NCBI RefSeq assembly: GCF_018350175.1
Contig: NC_058368.1
Span: 119,662,001-119,726,000, forward strand
Source of the DNA: Felis catus
Lineage: Eukaryota
Direction of reading: 5' to 3'
Length of the DNA stretch: 64,000 bases
Shown here: piece by piece, positions 1 through 12,299 of the stretch
Position numbering within the stretch: the stretch's first letter is position 1
How the letters are laid out: every line of letters begins with the position of its first letter
Made by a program: the position numbers and the translations under genes
Notes under the pieces: generated by a model
Told to the model about the DNA's origin: nothing
Databases searched by the model: none
Seen by the model: the letters and a program-made list of their open reading frames with translations, nothing else

Positions 1-639
1 TGTACATTTATTATTTATCAAAATTCATTCATTCTAAAATATGTTATAGGTAACATATAGGCACATATTAGCTACTGAAAATTTACAAAAATACAAGTCA
101 CCTATCTGAATGTTACTTTGTAAAGCACAGTTTTAAGTGTTTAATGTGCATTATATCATATTACGTCACTATAACTTTAGGAGGTTGCTTTTAACATCCT
201 TCCCATTATAAAGATGTATAAACTAATATTTAGGTTAAAATGATTTGCCTTTGGTGGTGCCAAGATTCAAAACTAGACTTTTTGACTCCGGGGACCAACT
301 TTTAACAATGATAATAATAATCACCTCCAAATCCTAATTTATGGAGATAGCTACAATATCTTTTTTTCCCATATATGTCTTTTTCCATTTTAGTATGAAA
401 TATGTTGATTTCTATTTACTTAAACATACACACACATATCCCACAGGATTAGCAGGTTGAACTGAATTAGGGGAAGAATTCACATTTTCTGATTTAGCAC
501 AATATGCTATTATGTTGATCTCTGTTAGAATGTATCATAAATCTAAAACTGGGTTTATGAAACAGCTAGAAAAGCTCCATATGGAGGCTGATACAATCTG
601 CATCAACAGAATGTATTTTATTCTCTCTCACACAGAAAG

Positions 640-657
640 ACACACACAGAGACAGAC

Positions 658-715
<58 letters not shown>

Positions 716-750
716 TGTCTATGCAATAAAAAAAAAAAAAAAAAAAAAAA
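640..750. repeat. (CA/GACA)-(GA)n microsatellite followed by a poly(A) run
   Basis: Long GA run ~664-707 and A run 728-750. Confidence 0.95.
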
Positions 751-915
751 GAATGGTACAGACCAGTGGTTCTCAAACTCTTTGTCCTTAGGATCCCCTT
801 TCACTTTCAAAATTTATTACTGGGAAACCCAAATATTTTTTTATTCCTGTGGGATGTATCTGTCAATATTTATCATATTAGAAATTAAAACTGAGAAATT
901 TTTAAAATATTTAAT

Positions 916-1128
916 GGGGTGCTTGGGTAGCTCAGTTGGTTAAGCGTCTGACTTTGGGTCAGGTCATGATCTCATGGCTTGTGGGTTTAAGCCCCATGTC
1001 GGGGTCTGGGCTGACAGCTTGGAGCCTGAAGCCTGCTTTGGATTCTGTGTCTCCCTCTCTCTCTGCCCCTACCTTGCTTGCACTCTGTCTCTCTCTCTCT
1101 CTCAAAAATATATAAACATTAAAAAAAA
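916..1128 (+). mobile_element. Carnivore tRNA-derived SINE (SINEC_Fc type)
   Basis: GGGGTGCTTGGGTAGCTCAG head, CT tract and A-rich tail; aaatattta on both flanks. Confidence 0.92.
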
Positions 1129-1512
1129 TTAAATATTTATTAGTTCATTTAAAGTAACAATAAACTTTTCATATATTAGCATAAAATTTTAATGAAAGAA
1201 TTACTTTAAAAAATTACTGAGAAAAGTGGCATTGTATCATATTTTTGACAATCTTGGTCCTGTCTGGTTTAACAGAAGACAGCTAAAAATTCTTGTATCT
1301 GCTTCTGTTGTCAGTTTGTGGTAATATATTGTCTTAGTCGAAGTATCTGAAGAAAATGTAGTGAGGCAGACAAGTAGCTGGAAAATTATTTAACAACCTT
1401 TTCAGATTATCATGGATATTCTTTTCATTCTGCATCAAAATTCAAAGCAAGATGGTAGTTTTTTAAACTTAAGTTGCAACAGAGAAGATGGAACAACTAC
1501 TAATAAACATCT

Positions 1513-1712
1513 TTCTTAAGTTTATTTGAGAGAGAGACAAAGAGTGTGTGCATACACACACACATGCAAGGAGGGGCAGAGAGAGAAACCCAAGCAGGTT
1601 CCACACTGTCAGCAGGGCCCAAGGTGGGGCCTGAACTCACAAACCGTGAGATCATGACCTGAGCCAAAATCAAGAGTCAGATGCCCAACCAACTGAACCA
1701 CCCAGGTGCTCC
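1513..1712 (-). mobile_element. Carnivore SINE
   Basis: Reverse-complement head ...CCACCCAGGTGCTCC; flanks actaataaac / actgataaac are TSD-like. Confidence 0.88.
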
Positions 1713-4418
1713 ACTGATAAACTTTTTATACTGTTTCACAGAATACAGTAATGTGCTTTGCACTTTGAACGGATCCTTTCTTTACTCATTTTTGATTCTG
1801 TAACCTTCACTGATGATTTAGAAAATATTAGTATGAGTTATACCTATCTCCCAAATATTAACATATTTAATATAAAAACATATATATGAAGGGTAAGTAT
1901 AAGAAAATCACATTTGTTAATATGACCAGTGATTTCATCAGAAAAATGGTTATTACTAGGAAGCTGACAGTTATGGACAGTTTTCCCAAATCCTCATTTT
2001 TACCTGAAAACTTGAATTTAACCACTGGCTACACATACTGTCAGGTTTTTTTCTTGAAGTAAGGGGCTCAACTATTTCATCTTCAAGAAAACATCTGCCC
2101 AGTACTGAAGTCTAAATAACCATAGTATGTCAGATGTTCTTTCCAATAGAAATGGTTTTCAAGAAAAAGCAGCTACTTCAGCCTGCGATTCCGAATGCAC
2201 AGGGTCTTTTCCTAACCACTGCTCTCCAGTACACACCAGAAGTGCTTTAGGACCTTTTCCCACTTCGTCATGCAGCACAGTTCCACTCTGTGTGCACTGA
2301 AGGGTCAGGATTTAATAACACGGTAATTTTTACTGCTTCATCAAGGGCATCCTTATATAAAAGTGGTTCCCCCCTACACCCCAGCAAGTGTGTGGCGATG
2401 AAGAATATAATGATTACTGGAACGATTTGATGCCCTTGTCTTGATTCACATTCAGGTACTAGCAATTTTATCAACCACTGTTTTTAAAACATGAGTACAA
2501 ATGTCAACGCACCTAAAAAGGTATATAATGTCTTAGTACTGTTATAAAAATAGTCTTGCCCTTACAGACTCCTTGAAAGGTCTCAACAACCCTCTAGGGT
2601 CTGAAGACCACACTTTCGAATGGTGATGTAAGACTCATAAATGTCACGTAACAAAGAGAAATAGTCCCCAAGAAAACGACTGCTTCAAAAGTGGTGTCTT
2701 CATTCCTTCTTTAAGATGCAAGAAAGACAACGCCATGGAATTTTACAGTTTTCCTTTTCTGGTAGGACCTGGTCGGGAAAAATTCCTGACTTGCTCCTGC
2801 TGGTTTTAAACTAGAACACAGTATGGTAAATACGATCTGTACTGACTAAATCAACACTGTATTCCATAAAGATATTTATCAGTTAAGTAAAAAATGAAAA
2901 AATACTAGCTTTAAATACTTTAAAAATATGTAATTGGTATTTTATAGGCATATCTAACATACAATGTGGGACCTGTCCAATATGACGGTCATAAAGCTCA
3001 ATAGATTAAGATCAAAGGGCCTTTCACTTGTTGCTGTTGTTGTTGTTATATGAACATATAAATGATACTTATAAACGAAACCCAATTGTTACTGCTAATA
3101 CATTAAGCTTTCTGTTTTCCTAGGCTTCATCTATAAACTCCCATTTGTTAATTGCAATAGTGGGTATGCAGGTACCTGGAATAAAACTTCATTACACTGA
3201 AACAATGCTTACTGGTACATGACTTGATTGTAATGGAATTGAGAATAGTTAGCAACAGAATATGTAAACCACCTCCCTGCAGAAAACTGAAAGGAGAAGA
3301 TGTTAACTGGGATGAAAAGACAAGCCACACCTTTAAGTGATGCAAACAGGGACAGGGCAGGAAAGAAAGGCAGAGATAAATACACCTAGGAGGCTGTAAT
3401 CCAAATATCACAGTTCTGTTGAATGCAAACACCATTTAGCTAAACAGGCCCACATACAGAGGAGGCAGGTTTTCCAAAGCCCTGTGGCTGCACTCTGACC
3501 AATCTTTCATTGATTTTCCCTCTTGTACACTGATTAAAAAACAAAACAAAACAACAAAACACGTTTTTAAGTAAATAAAGGAATGGATATTTCTCAACAT
3601 GATGTTTCCAATTCTGCTCATTGAAGGAGTCCTGGACCACCCAAACAAGGTTAATCCACCCTGGTATACTTAATGCCTGATGACATTACTTCCAAACTTC
3701 CAAGAAACTAAGAATATGATGTCCTAGAGATTGGTAGAATGCCTCAGCTAATGTATTTCTACCACTAACACCAAAGCCTATTTAAAAAGCAGGGTGTTTT
3801 GTTCTGTTTTGTTCTTAAAAGTTCAGGGCTGAAAGGTTTTGAGATCCCTCTTCCGTCTGCAACTGGCAACTTGTGTGTACTGAGCACAAGGTTTTGGTAA
3901 GAAGATTAATAAAAATGATTATCACTTGATATATAAAATCACCTGATGATTCACAACAGGCAGCTTACACTGCTAAACAGGGTCACTAAGCACTCTGAGT
4001 TAACAGTGACAAGGTCTGAAATCTGGACTGATTTAACTTCTAAACTAGCCATCACAAGATTTTAAAATTTTAACTGGTTCTGTGGACTAAATAGCCTAGG
4101 TATCTTCTAGGTCCTTCAAGCTCCTACCCATACCTTAAATGATGTAGAAATACTATTACGAGGACATAGTTCTTTAACAATCAACTTTTGCACTCGGGCC
4201 CACCCGAAGATTTTGCAGAAGGCACCGAACTCTAACTAGGGCAATCCCTTCACTCCAAAACCAGTGTCATAGATCTTTCCAGAGGAAGGAAGATTATGAA
4301 AAATCACCTTCCTGACAAGGGAATGTTGCCACATTCAGTTTTAGGCAATACCAAACATTCAGGATACATGCTTTCACTTTAATCTTGACTAAATAAATGG
4401 TCAAAGTTGACAAGTTAC

Positions 4419-4528
4419 TTGCTATAGGGTCCTCCACTTCCTCCATAATCATAGGACTGCTGTGAATGGTCATCGATGCTGTAACTTGTCTGGTAGAAAT
4501 CCGTGTTTAAGTTATCAAAGCCTGACAT
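4419..4528 (-). CDS. YIPF5: YIPF5 (Yip1 domain family member 5, ER-Golgi trafficking), first coding exon; partial CDS
   Basis: Manual translation of the minus strand from ATG at 4528 gives [38 protein letters not shown]|, which I recognise as the YIPF5 N-terminus. Acceptor cttctcttgcAG (AG at 4540-4539) is followed by 10 nt of UTR (exon starts 4538). Donor AA|GTAACT follows 4419; 110 coding nt, phase 2. No downstream exon was found in 1-4418. Confidence 0.96.
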
Positions 4529-4859
4529 TGCAAATGATCTGCAAGAGAAGAAGAATGGCAAATACTGTTTATACCCAAGGTCCTACTGAATTCGTTTCGA
4601 TACTAGGCAAAAAGCCTCAGAAGTCAGTAAATTATTTCTTCTGGAATTTGAGGCACCAGCATTTGGACGACAGGTCTGGGTGGCAGTTACAAAGGAAACG
4701 TCTAATCTCGAAATCACGAGCTGGGAAGACACCTCCATTACAAGGAGCCAGTATGCCCAGGCTCCTTGTCATTAAATTGTTATTACAATTGTCATTATAA
4801 CTAGGGGAAGGGTCGTGGGAGAACTGGTTCCTTGGAGGTCTAAAAACAATAAAGACGAT

Positions 4860-5550
4860 TCCTCACCTCGGGGGAAGGGCTTTGCCGCTGACAATGCGAC
4901 TGCCTCTTTGCAAAATAAGGCCTGAGCCTGCCGCGACGGTGCAGACTCCTAGAAAGCCACGCTTGAGGTATAGGGGACGCGTCAAAGCAAGGACCTGAAA
5001 GCGAGCGAGGGTCTGAGCGAAAGGACCGGAACGCTGCGCCGAAAGGCGGCAACAAGCCGAGCTGCACTGGACTGCGGAGAAGCCGAACAGTGTGCCACAA
5101 GCTGAAACACTCACCAAATGGAGAAGCGGCGGCAGCGGCTCCGGCAAACCCCCAAAACCCCCAAACACCGCTTAGGACCCTGAACTGGCTCCGTTGCTAC
5201 GTGTCACAGGGCCAAAGAACCGCTTCCGGGGCACGCCCGCTCGCGCAGGCGTGTTGGTAGACTTTGCGCCTCTCTTGGGTCGGATGTGGGGCGGGCCGGG
5301 GAAGGGGAAACCTGATGCGGAGCATGCGCAGTGTCGATTGATCAGTCTATTTGCGGGCCAACGAGAAGGGAAGTACTTTCCGAAGCCTGGTTACCGACAG
5401 AGGCAGAAAGGCGCAAGCGCAGAAATTTGTTAGTTACAGTCTGGAGGAAGAATTCCTCAATAGACCGGAGACCTGGAGGAGGGTTTGCAAATGCTGTTAA
5501 TGAGCGGACGGAGCCGGTCTCCTGTCCACAAACCACAGAACGCCGGTCTC
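4860..5550. promoter_or_regulatory. CpG-island bidirectional promoter (YIPF5 leftward; distal KCTD16 transcripts rightward)
   Basis: Sharp local CpG/GC enrichment. Motifs: ETS CTTCCGG (~5223), GC box GGGGCGGG (~5288), NRF1-like GCATGCGCA (~5322) and GCGCAGGCG (~5243), ACGTGTCA (5199-5206). No clear TATA box. The head-to-head YIPF5/KCTD16 layout is recalled from human. Confidence 0.85.
5115..5210 (-). other. YIPF5: YIPF5 non-coding exon 1 (5' end approximate)
   Basis: Strong minus-strand donor TTG|GTGAGT at 5115/5114 inside the CpG island, ~580 nt upstream of the coding exon acceptor. The transcription start is not resolvable from sequence. Confidence 0.7.
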
Positions 5551-6034
5551 TGTGGACTTAGTGTAATTCAGACAGTGTTACAGAGTTTAGGTGTATTATT
5601 TAATCCTTACACCCTAATGAGATGATCACGCTATTACTCTCCTTTTGTAAGTGAGGCTGTCAAATGTTCATTTAGTAACATTGAATGCAGTGTTGCATGA
5701 CATCTCACCTAGTTGTGCTGTTGGAGATACTATGATGAATGCAAGCTAAATGGTGCTGCTCACCTGGGATTGGTTGGGGTGGGGTTAACACATAAATATA
5801 TGTAAAATGGTTACTAATATTGTTAAGTCCTCCATAATTTTTTGAAAGAGTGTAATATTCATCTGGGACGGAAAATCTGGAAAGGCACTTTGAGAAGGGA
5901 ATGATCAAAAGGAGTTAAAGAAAAGTGAAAAGGGGAACAGAAGGGCATGAATATTTCAGGCAGTAAAAATAGTGTGTGCAAGGCTTAGGGTTAAGGAAAA
6001 CATGGTGTGAGGAAAGGTGTAATCTTTGCACTAT

Positions 6035-6224
6035 TAACATTTTAATCTAAATGATTTTTGTGGGGCAGAGGGGGACAGGGGATGCTGCCTTGTGCACTGT
6101 AGAATGTTTGGCAACATCCCTGAACTTTATCACCTATATGCAAATAGTACGACTCCCATCCCCACTGCCACCTTGTGACAACTAAAAATGTCTCTTGGAT
6201 AACATCAGAGTTTGGAAATCACTG
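6035..6224. mobile_element. MER20-like hAT MITE
   Basis: tgtgcactgtagaatgtttggcaacatccctg...tgtgacaactaaaaatgtctc...aatcactg resembles recalled MER20. Confidence 0.7.
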
Positions 6225-6901
6225 GTCTAAGTGAACCCAGGATGATTAGACAAATGAGGAAAGCCACATAGAAGTTGAGACTGGAGCTAAAGGCCAGGAT
6301 CAGGGATAGAGTGTCTTGTGGGATTCTGGTACTGGTTCTAAAAGAAAAGGGGAACCACTGAAGGTTATGAACTGAAGAGTGGCATAATTTGATTCTTTTG
6401 TTTTGATTGCTCTGGCTTCTGTGTGAAATCACTTTCTGTAAGTAAAGGAATTCTAACTCCAAATGCCATGGTGTTAACCAATGAGCAGAACTGTCTTCAG
6501 AGCTTATAGCATTAAAATTTATACCACAAGCCCTGACATTATATGCTGGCCCCCAAATCCCATGGTCTTTACAAAGGAAACCAGGCCTTTTCTCTGGGAC
6601 CAGTTTCCAAAGGAATAATAAAATTTCAGTAGTTAAAAGGTTTTTTTTTTTTTTCAATATGCAAACTATATTGAAACAAATAAAAACAAACAAAAAAACC
6701 TCCACACACCCTTCCAAAGGAAAGAGTTATAGGAAAAGGACAAAACTGAAAAAACCAAAGAATGTACTCATGAGATGAATGGAAGCTATCCTTTAAAGTA
6801 TCAGAATATATCTGAAATAGCTCACTAAATTTTTAAATTTACCAACTTTTGTAAATAACTTTATAATTTTTTGATGTAGTTACCATCTGTACAACTCTTG
6901 G

Positions 6902-7046
6902 AAGGATGACCAGTTAGCCTAATTGACTGAAGACAGCCATGTTGTCCCATTTTATGGCTGTATTTTACAGCATAATTATTAATATTCTCCTTTTTTCCTA
7001 TCAAAAATATCCCAGTTTGGTTGACAAATTATTTGGTTATACTCTC
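6902..7046 (-). mobile_element. MER94-like hAT-Blackjack MITE
   Basis: taattattaatattctcctttt...tcccagtttggttgacaaattatttggttatactct resembles the reverse complement of recalled MER94. Confidence 0.55.
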
Positions 7047-7984
7047 TAAGCTATATTATCTATGAAGCTGAGTTTCTGGTTATCCACTGTATGCAATAAT
7101 TTATTATTTCATCTACTTAATGTTCTTATGGTTGAAAGAAAATTCTAGTCTCTTTTGTTTCTTCTGATATTTCTATTACTTCCTATCCAAAGGAGAAATT
7201 ACTCTCAAATTTAAATAAAATGTAAGAATATGAGTGTTCAATATTACCTGCTTAGGCATGAATTGTTAGATATAGATGTTATTCAAATTCTGCTTCTGTC
7301 TGTAAAAGCAATGACCATATTTACTAGATTTTCTTTCTTCTCTAACCCTTGCCCCAATTGATAAGACAAGGAAAAAAGTTAAGTTACACAATTAAATCTC
7401 CCACAATTGTTTGTTTGACTTTGAAGTATAAATCAAGATATCCTGCAGAAACCTCTTGGGGATTTTGAGAATAGCAGTCAATTTTGTGGCTAGTCAGGTA
7501 GACCTTTCTTTTTGGAAAACAATTTTTTTTTCTTTTGGTATTGCATCCCCCCACCTCAGGATAGGTTCCAGAGAGTTATTTTAAAGGAAACTGAAGTACA
7601 TGGTAAATGTGCTGACTTCTGTTAAATAACTGAGTTGTGTTCATTAGGAGTAGAAAGCCTTAAATAGGTTAAGAGTTAATAGAACATGAAGTGGGCTTGT
7701 AACAGCTGCCCAGTCTTCCCTGGGACCTAGCATGTCAGTTACCAAACCAGTGACAATCAATCAATATATCAATAAATAGAAAAAGAAATAATATTTTAAT
7801 CATGAGTGATACCTTCTAATTTAGTTTGACAACTATGCTGGTATACACACTAACACTTTAATGGATTTCACAAACACACACAAAAAACTTCCATTTTTTT
7901 GGAATGGCCGTGAAATTGTCCTTAGATTTTAGATATGCTTTATTTCCTCCCTGTTTTTTTTTCATTTGATTGATTGATTGATTG

Positions 7985-8222
7985 ATATTTAATCCAAGGT
8001 GGTTAACGTATCATTAATAATGGTTTCAGGAGTAGAATTTAGTGACTCCTTACATATAACACCCGGTGCTAATCCCAACAAGTGCCCTCCATAATGCCCA
8101 TCACCCATTTAGCCTACCCCACCACCCAACACCCCACCAGCAACTCTCAGTTTATTGTCTGTATTTAAGAGTGTCTTATAGTTTGCCTCATTCTATGTTT
8201 TTATCTTACTTTCTTCCCTCTC
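7985..8222 (-). mobile_element. Carnivore L1 3'-end fragment
   Basis: ggtttcaggagtagaatttagtgactc...acccggtgctaatcccaacaagtgccctcc is typical of a carnivore L1 3' UTR in antisense. Confidence 0.7.
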
Positions 8223-9039
8223 TGTTTTCTAGTAAATATGCCATGGGGAATTGTGCCAGAAAATTCTGGCTTGAAGATGGGTAGGTCCCCCTACTTTTAG
8301 CTGTTTCCACAAGCACCTAATGAGGTGGAGATTCGGCAGCTGTGACCTTAACCATGTCAAATTCTACAATGAAACCTGATAATTATGGTAAAAACTAATG
8401 TAAATACCTAAGATCTGTTTCCACTATTCCTGAATATTAATGACCTAACTCCATATCCCAAATCCAATAATTATATTTCCTCCAAATTATCCTTAGAAAA
8501 AGATACCCCTTATAAAAGAGTTTCTCATCAGATTCTGCTCCTGTTATTTCAATTATTTTACTTTGAACAATACATTACTGTCTTGGGAAGATAGATTTGC
8601 CTGGAACAACATGGGATGCTTTTAGACAAAATGGGTCTTTAAAGGCAAAGAAATTTAACCCTAACTTAGCAATTATTCTTGGGATTTTCACTTGAAGATT
8701 CTAAGTGCCTCGTGTTGCTAAAAAAAGGGCTTTGAAAGATAATCTTTAAAACAATGCTGTAAGTATTTTTATTGTGGAGATCAGACACCCTCTTAAATAG
8801 CAAATAAAAACATTTCTAATATCAGGTGAATGGATATTGTGGTTTGGAATAAGAATTTCGGTGGAAATACCAGAAGTTCTGTATCTCAAGCAACTTAGAA
8901 GGGGAGATGAGCTACTGTATATGTGCCACCAACGCGAGTACTAGAAGGGGAGATACTGGAAAACAACATCAGAGGGCCGGGCTCTGGTGATGGCAGAGCC
9001 CCACATGCCAAAGGTGCAAGTGAAACACTTGAAAAAAAT

Positions 9040-9270
9040 TTATAAGAGCTAATGTGCCAGGCACTGCTCTAAGCCCTTCACACCTTTATACTCAATTAGT
9101 TTTCCCAACAACCCGGTAAGGTAGATACCATATACTTGACATATGATGACACTGAGAACAGAGTGGTTAAATACCTTGTCAAACGTCATAAGGTAAGAAG
9201 TAGTAGACTTGAGATCTGAATCCAGGCTGGCTGCAGAGTCCTTGTGCTAAACCTCTAGACTGTATTGTTG
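9040..9270. mobile_element. MIR fragment
   Basis: tgtgccaggcactgctctaag...aaggtagat...actgagaacagagtggttaaataccttgtcaa MIR core. Confidence 0.65.
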
Positions 9271-9334
9271 TGTTATGTAACATGAACATAACCAAGGCAA
9301 TATATCTAATGAATATGCTACTTTACCTAATATG

Positions 9335-9338
<4 letters not shown>

Positions 9339-9385
<47 letters not shown>
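9339..9385. repeat. (TA)n microsatellite
   Basis: Pure TA run. Confidence 0.95.
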
Positions 9386-9388
<3 letters not shown>

Positions 9389-9579
9389 TATGTGTATGAT
9401 ATGTATATGTATATATACACTAAAATTGCAATTATTTGGTAGTTGTATCTACAGCCCCAAATGTGTATATAGTCAGATTGATAAAAAATATTTTTTGTAA
9501 TCTACTCAGTGGGCATGTGACAAATCACCTAATGTTCAAGTTTACCTTATATTAGTCATGTAATTTAATTAGTAATGTA

Positions 9580-9800
9580 TAGGGGTTAAGGATGCACGTC
9601 TGGAGCCAGACTGCCTGGGTTTACATCCTCTACCACTGACTAGCCATGAAGTTAATGAAATCTTTTGCCTTACTTTTCTCTTGTGTAAGAGCAAGATAAT
9701 GATGATATTCATCTTCTGTGCTTGCTACAAGGATTGTGTGGAATAATGCATGTAAATATCAATGCCTAAATACTAAGTACTCAATGAATGTTTGGACTAA
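9580..9800 (+). mobile_element. MIR fragment
   Basis: ggttaaggatgcacgtctggagccagactgcctgggttt...aagtactcaatgaatgtt. Confidence 0.65.
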
Positions 9801-10008
9801 TTGTCATTGCTGCATCTATACCTCTACAGAAGCAATATGATATTGTCAGCAACCAAAATGGACTTCTAAAAACTGCGATGATTGGGTTTGAACAAACTGT
9901 TTCTGCAATCAGTCATACACATTCACTCTGATGCTTCCCTGAAGGTTCTGTATTATTTTATAATTTGTCTTTTGATCCTATGGACTGTATTAAAAATATG
10001 CTTTTGTT

Positions 10009-10134
10009 GGGGCATCTGGGTGGCTCAGTGAGTTAACGTCCAACTTCAGCTCAGGTCATGAACTCGCATTGGGCTCTGTACTGACAGCTCAGAGCCTAGA
10101 GCCTGCTTTGGATTATTTGTCTCCGTCTCTCTGC

Positions 10135-10194
<60 letters not shown>

Positions 10195-10215
10195 AAATAA
10201 ACATTAAATTTTAAT
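10009..10215 (+). mobile_element. Carnivore SINE with a small internal deletion and long (CT)n
   Basis: Head GGGGCATCTGGGTGGCTCAG; TSD-like aaaaatatgcttttgt on both sides. Confidence 0.92.
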
Positions 10216-11587
10216 TAAAAAATATGCTTTTGTCATCTTCTGTCCTAGGTTTTTCCAGTGGGACTTGTCTGTGTTGTACAGTTTAGTCTCACAAATAGCT
10301 TTTGATATCACACACTATTGGTTTAAGAACCCCTCATACATTTGAGCTGTTATACTTGAAAATTTTGAACAGTGCTACCTGTATGTGATCTTCTTGGTGT
10401 GTTTCATGTTACTTCAAACTTTAAAGAAAATGTGTTCTTTCTGCTTTGCCTCCCTTCCTGTCCTCTCTTCTCACAACGCACAGAATTTGTAAGGACGCAG
10501 TGCATAAGGTGACTTATGTTGTGGAAAATATGTTTATTTGCAAAGAAAGAAAATGGCAGTGTCCTAGCCAAGTAAACCAATTGCCATAAAACTTTTAATA
10601 TATAGTGGTTCTTAAAATGATAGAGGGATCAGGTTTTATTGTACTCAATAAGAGGGCAGCCTAGAAATGACTGTAAGTTTAATACATTATATTTCTTTTA
10701 GGCAATTCATTTTTTTTATATTTTGCCATTAGAATTCTTCATGCTGCCCTCAGTTACAGACATTGCAAGCTACCACTGCTTTTCATTACAGAGTAACTCT
10801 TTGCAGTTATAAAGAATGTCCTATTAAACTTTATTTTATTATAAGGCAGTATTTCCAGCACAAGATATTGCTTGTCTAGGAGCTTTCAGCCAGATAAATT
10901 TAAATATAAATTTGAAACATTCTTTGGAGTACACGTGCCCAAGCTACAGAATTCTAATTTTTTATTTTGATTTGATTTCATGTCAATGTCTTGATAATAA
11001 CAGTGTCTTGCCACAATAGGAAATAGGTCACTGGGCATGAGGCAGGTGGCTATGTGGGAGAGCGTCCTAGCTTATAGCCCATGGGCAGCAGCACACCCTT
11101 TTCATTATGATTCTTACTTTCTTCAATTCTTTCTTAAATGTTGGAGAACATGTTTCCTGAGCAGAGAATGGTTACTGTGATGGCTACTAGGGAGAGCAGG
11201 CTACTCAACTTTAACCATAATGCTCTCTGTGCACTTAGATAAGGATTTTGTTATTAAGACTATAGATGATAACATCAATTAAATTCTTTTCCTGACATGA
11301 GGATAATTTTATTTTAAAACAATCAGAGGCATATAGAATCAAATATAAAGTTTCTATTATAGTCTGCAAATTTAGCTTTGAAAGTCAAAGATAAACACAT
11401 CTTTTGCCTTTAGATTTAAACTAAGCTATCAAAATGTTTTTGCCTCTTCCCCTGCAGTCCTACGTTTGCAGGATCTAATGAAAATCACAAATCCCCTACC
11501 GTCTGAGATAAGGCATTTTTCCTTCTGGAAGAAAGTACAAACATTTCTTAACTCTAACTAAGATTTTTGTTTTAAAAGGTGAATATC

Positions 11588-11822
11588 AGGGGTGCCTGGG
11601 TGGCTCAGTCAGTTAAGCATCCAACTTTGGGTCAGGTCATGACCTCAAGGCTCGTCACTTCAAGCCCCGTGTCAGACTCTGCGCTGACAGCTCAGAGCCT
11701 GGAGCCTGCTTCGGATTCTGTGTCTCCCTCTCTCTCTCTGCCCTCCCCCTGCTCATGTTCTGTCTCCCTGTCTTTCAAAAATAAATAAACATTAAATTTT
11801 TTTAAAAAAACTTAATAAATAA
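11588..11822 (+). mobile_element. Carnivore SINE
   Basis: Canonical head, CT tract and tail; flanks aaaaggtgaatatca / aaaagatgaacatca. Confidence 0.92.
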
Positions 11823-12299
11823 AAGATGAACATCAAGTAAAAGAAGAGTTGATTTTAGGTTTATAAATATGATTTCTTTCCTGGACTCTCTAAAAGCTCT
11901 TCCTGTTAATTCCCAAATTGACTTCTGTACTAAATGTTGTGACATATTCCCCTTCCCACTTCCTAGAAATGAAATGCTTCAGCTTCACATTAAAATTTTG
12001 AGAGGGCCTTAGGAATTTAGCCTGAATTCACTGAAATGTCTCTAACATGAACAAAAATAGACTGGTTTTCACAGACAAATCAGGACAGCAAGTGCCTCTG
12101 AGAGTGAGCTCTCATTTGAGTGGCTTCATATAATGAGAAATAAAAAGAATTAACACTGACAGGAATCTTGAGATCATTTGTTTCCCACGGTCTGATTTTA
12201 CAAGGGAGGAACTGAGGCCAAGAGATATATCGTAAGACCTAAATGTCAAGCGCTGCCTTGATATCTCTGACCCCAAAGCCTACATTCCTCTTCTCTTGC

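Larger units (their letters stand above)
764..2625 (-). mobile_element. hAT-Charlie DNA transposon, Charlie1a-like, near full length, interrupted by two SINEs
   Basis: TIR CAGTGGTTCTCAAA at 764 and a degenerate opposite end GACCACACTTTCGAATGGTG at ~2606-2625. Both subterminal regions resemble the recalled Charlie1 consensus. About 1.45 kb remains after removing the SINEs. Confidence 0.75.

Noticed and set aside
512..943. 143-aa ORF with poly-ER and poly-K
   Set aside because: Translation of (GA)n, poly(A), a Charlie end and a SINE head.
4462..4800. 112-aa plus-strand ORF
   Set aside because: Antisense shadow of the YIPF5 exon and intron; GTG start and no recognisable domain.
4840..5561. Several ORFs in the promoter
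   Set aside because: Stop-codon depletion in GC-rich DNA; non-ATG starts or no homology.
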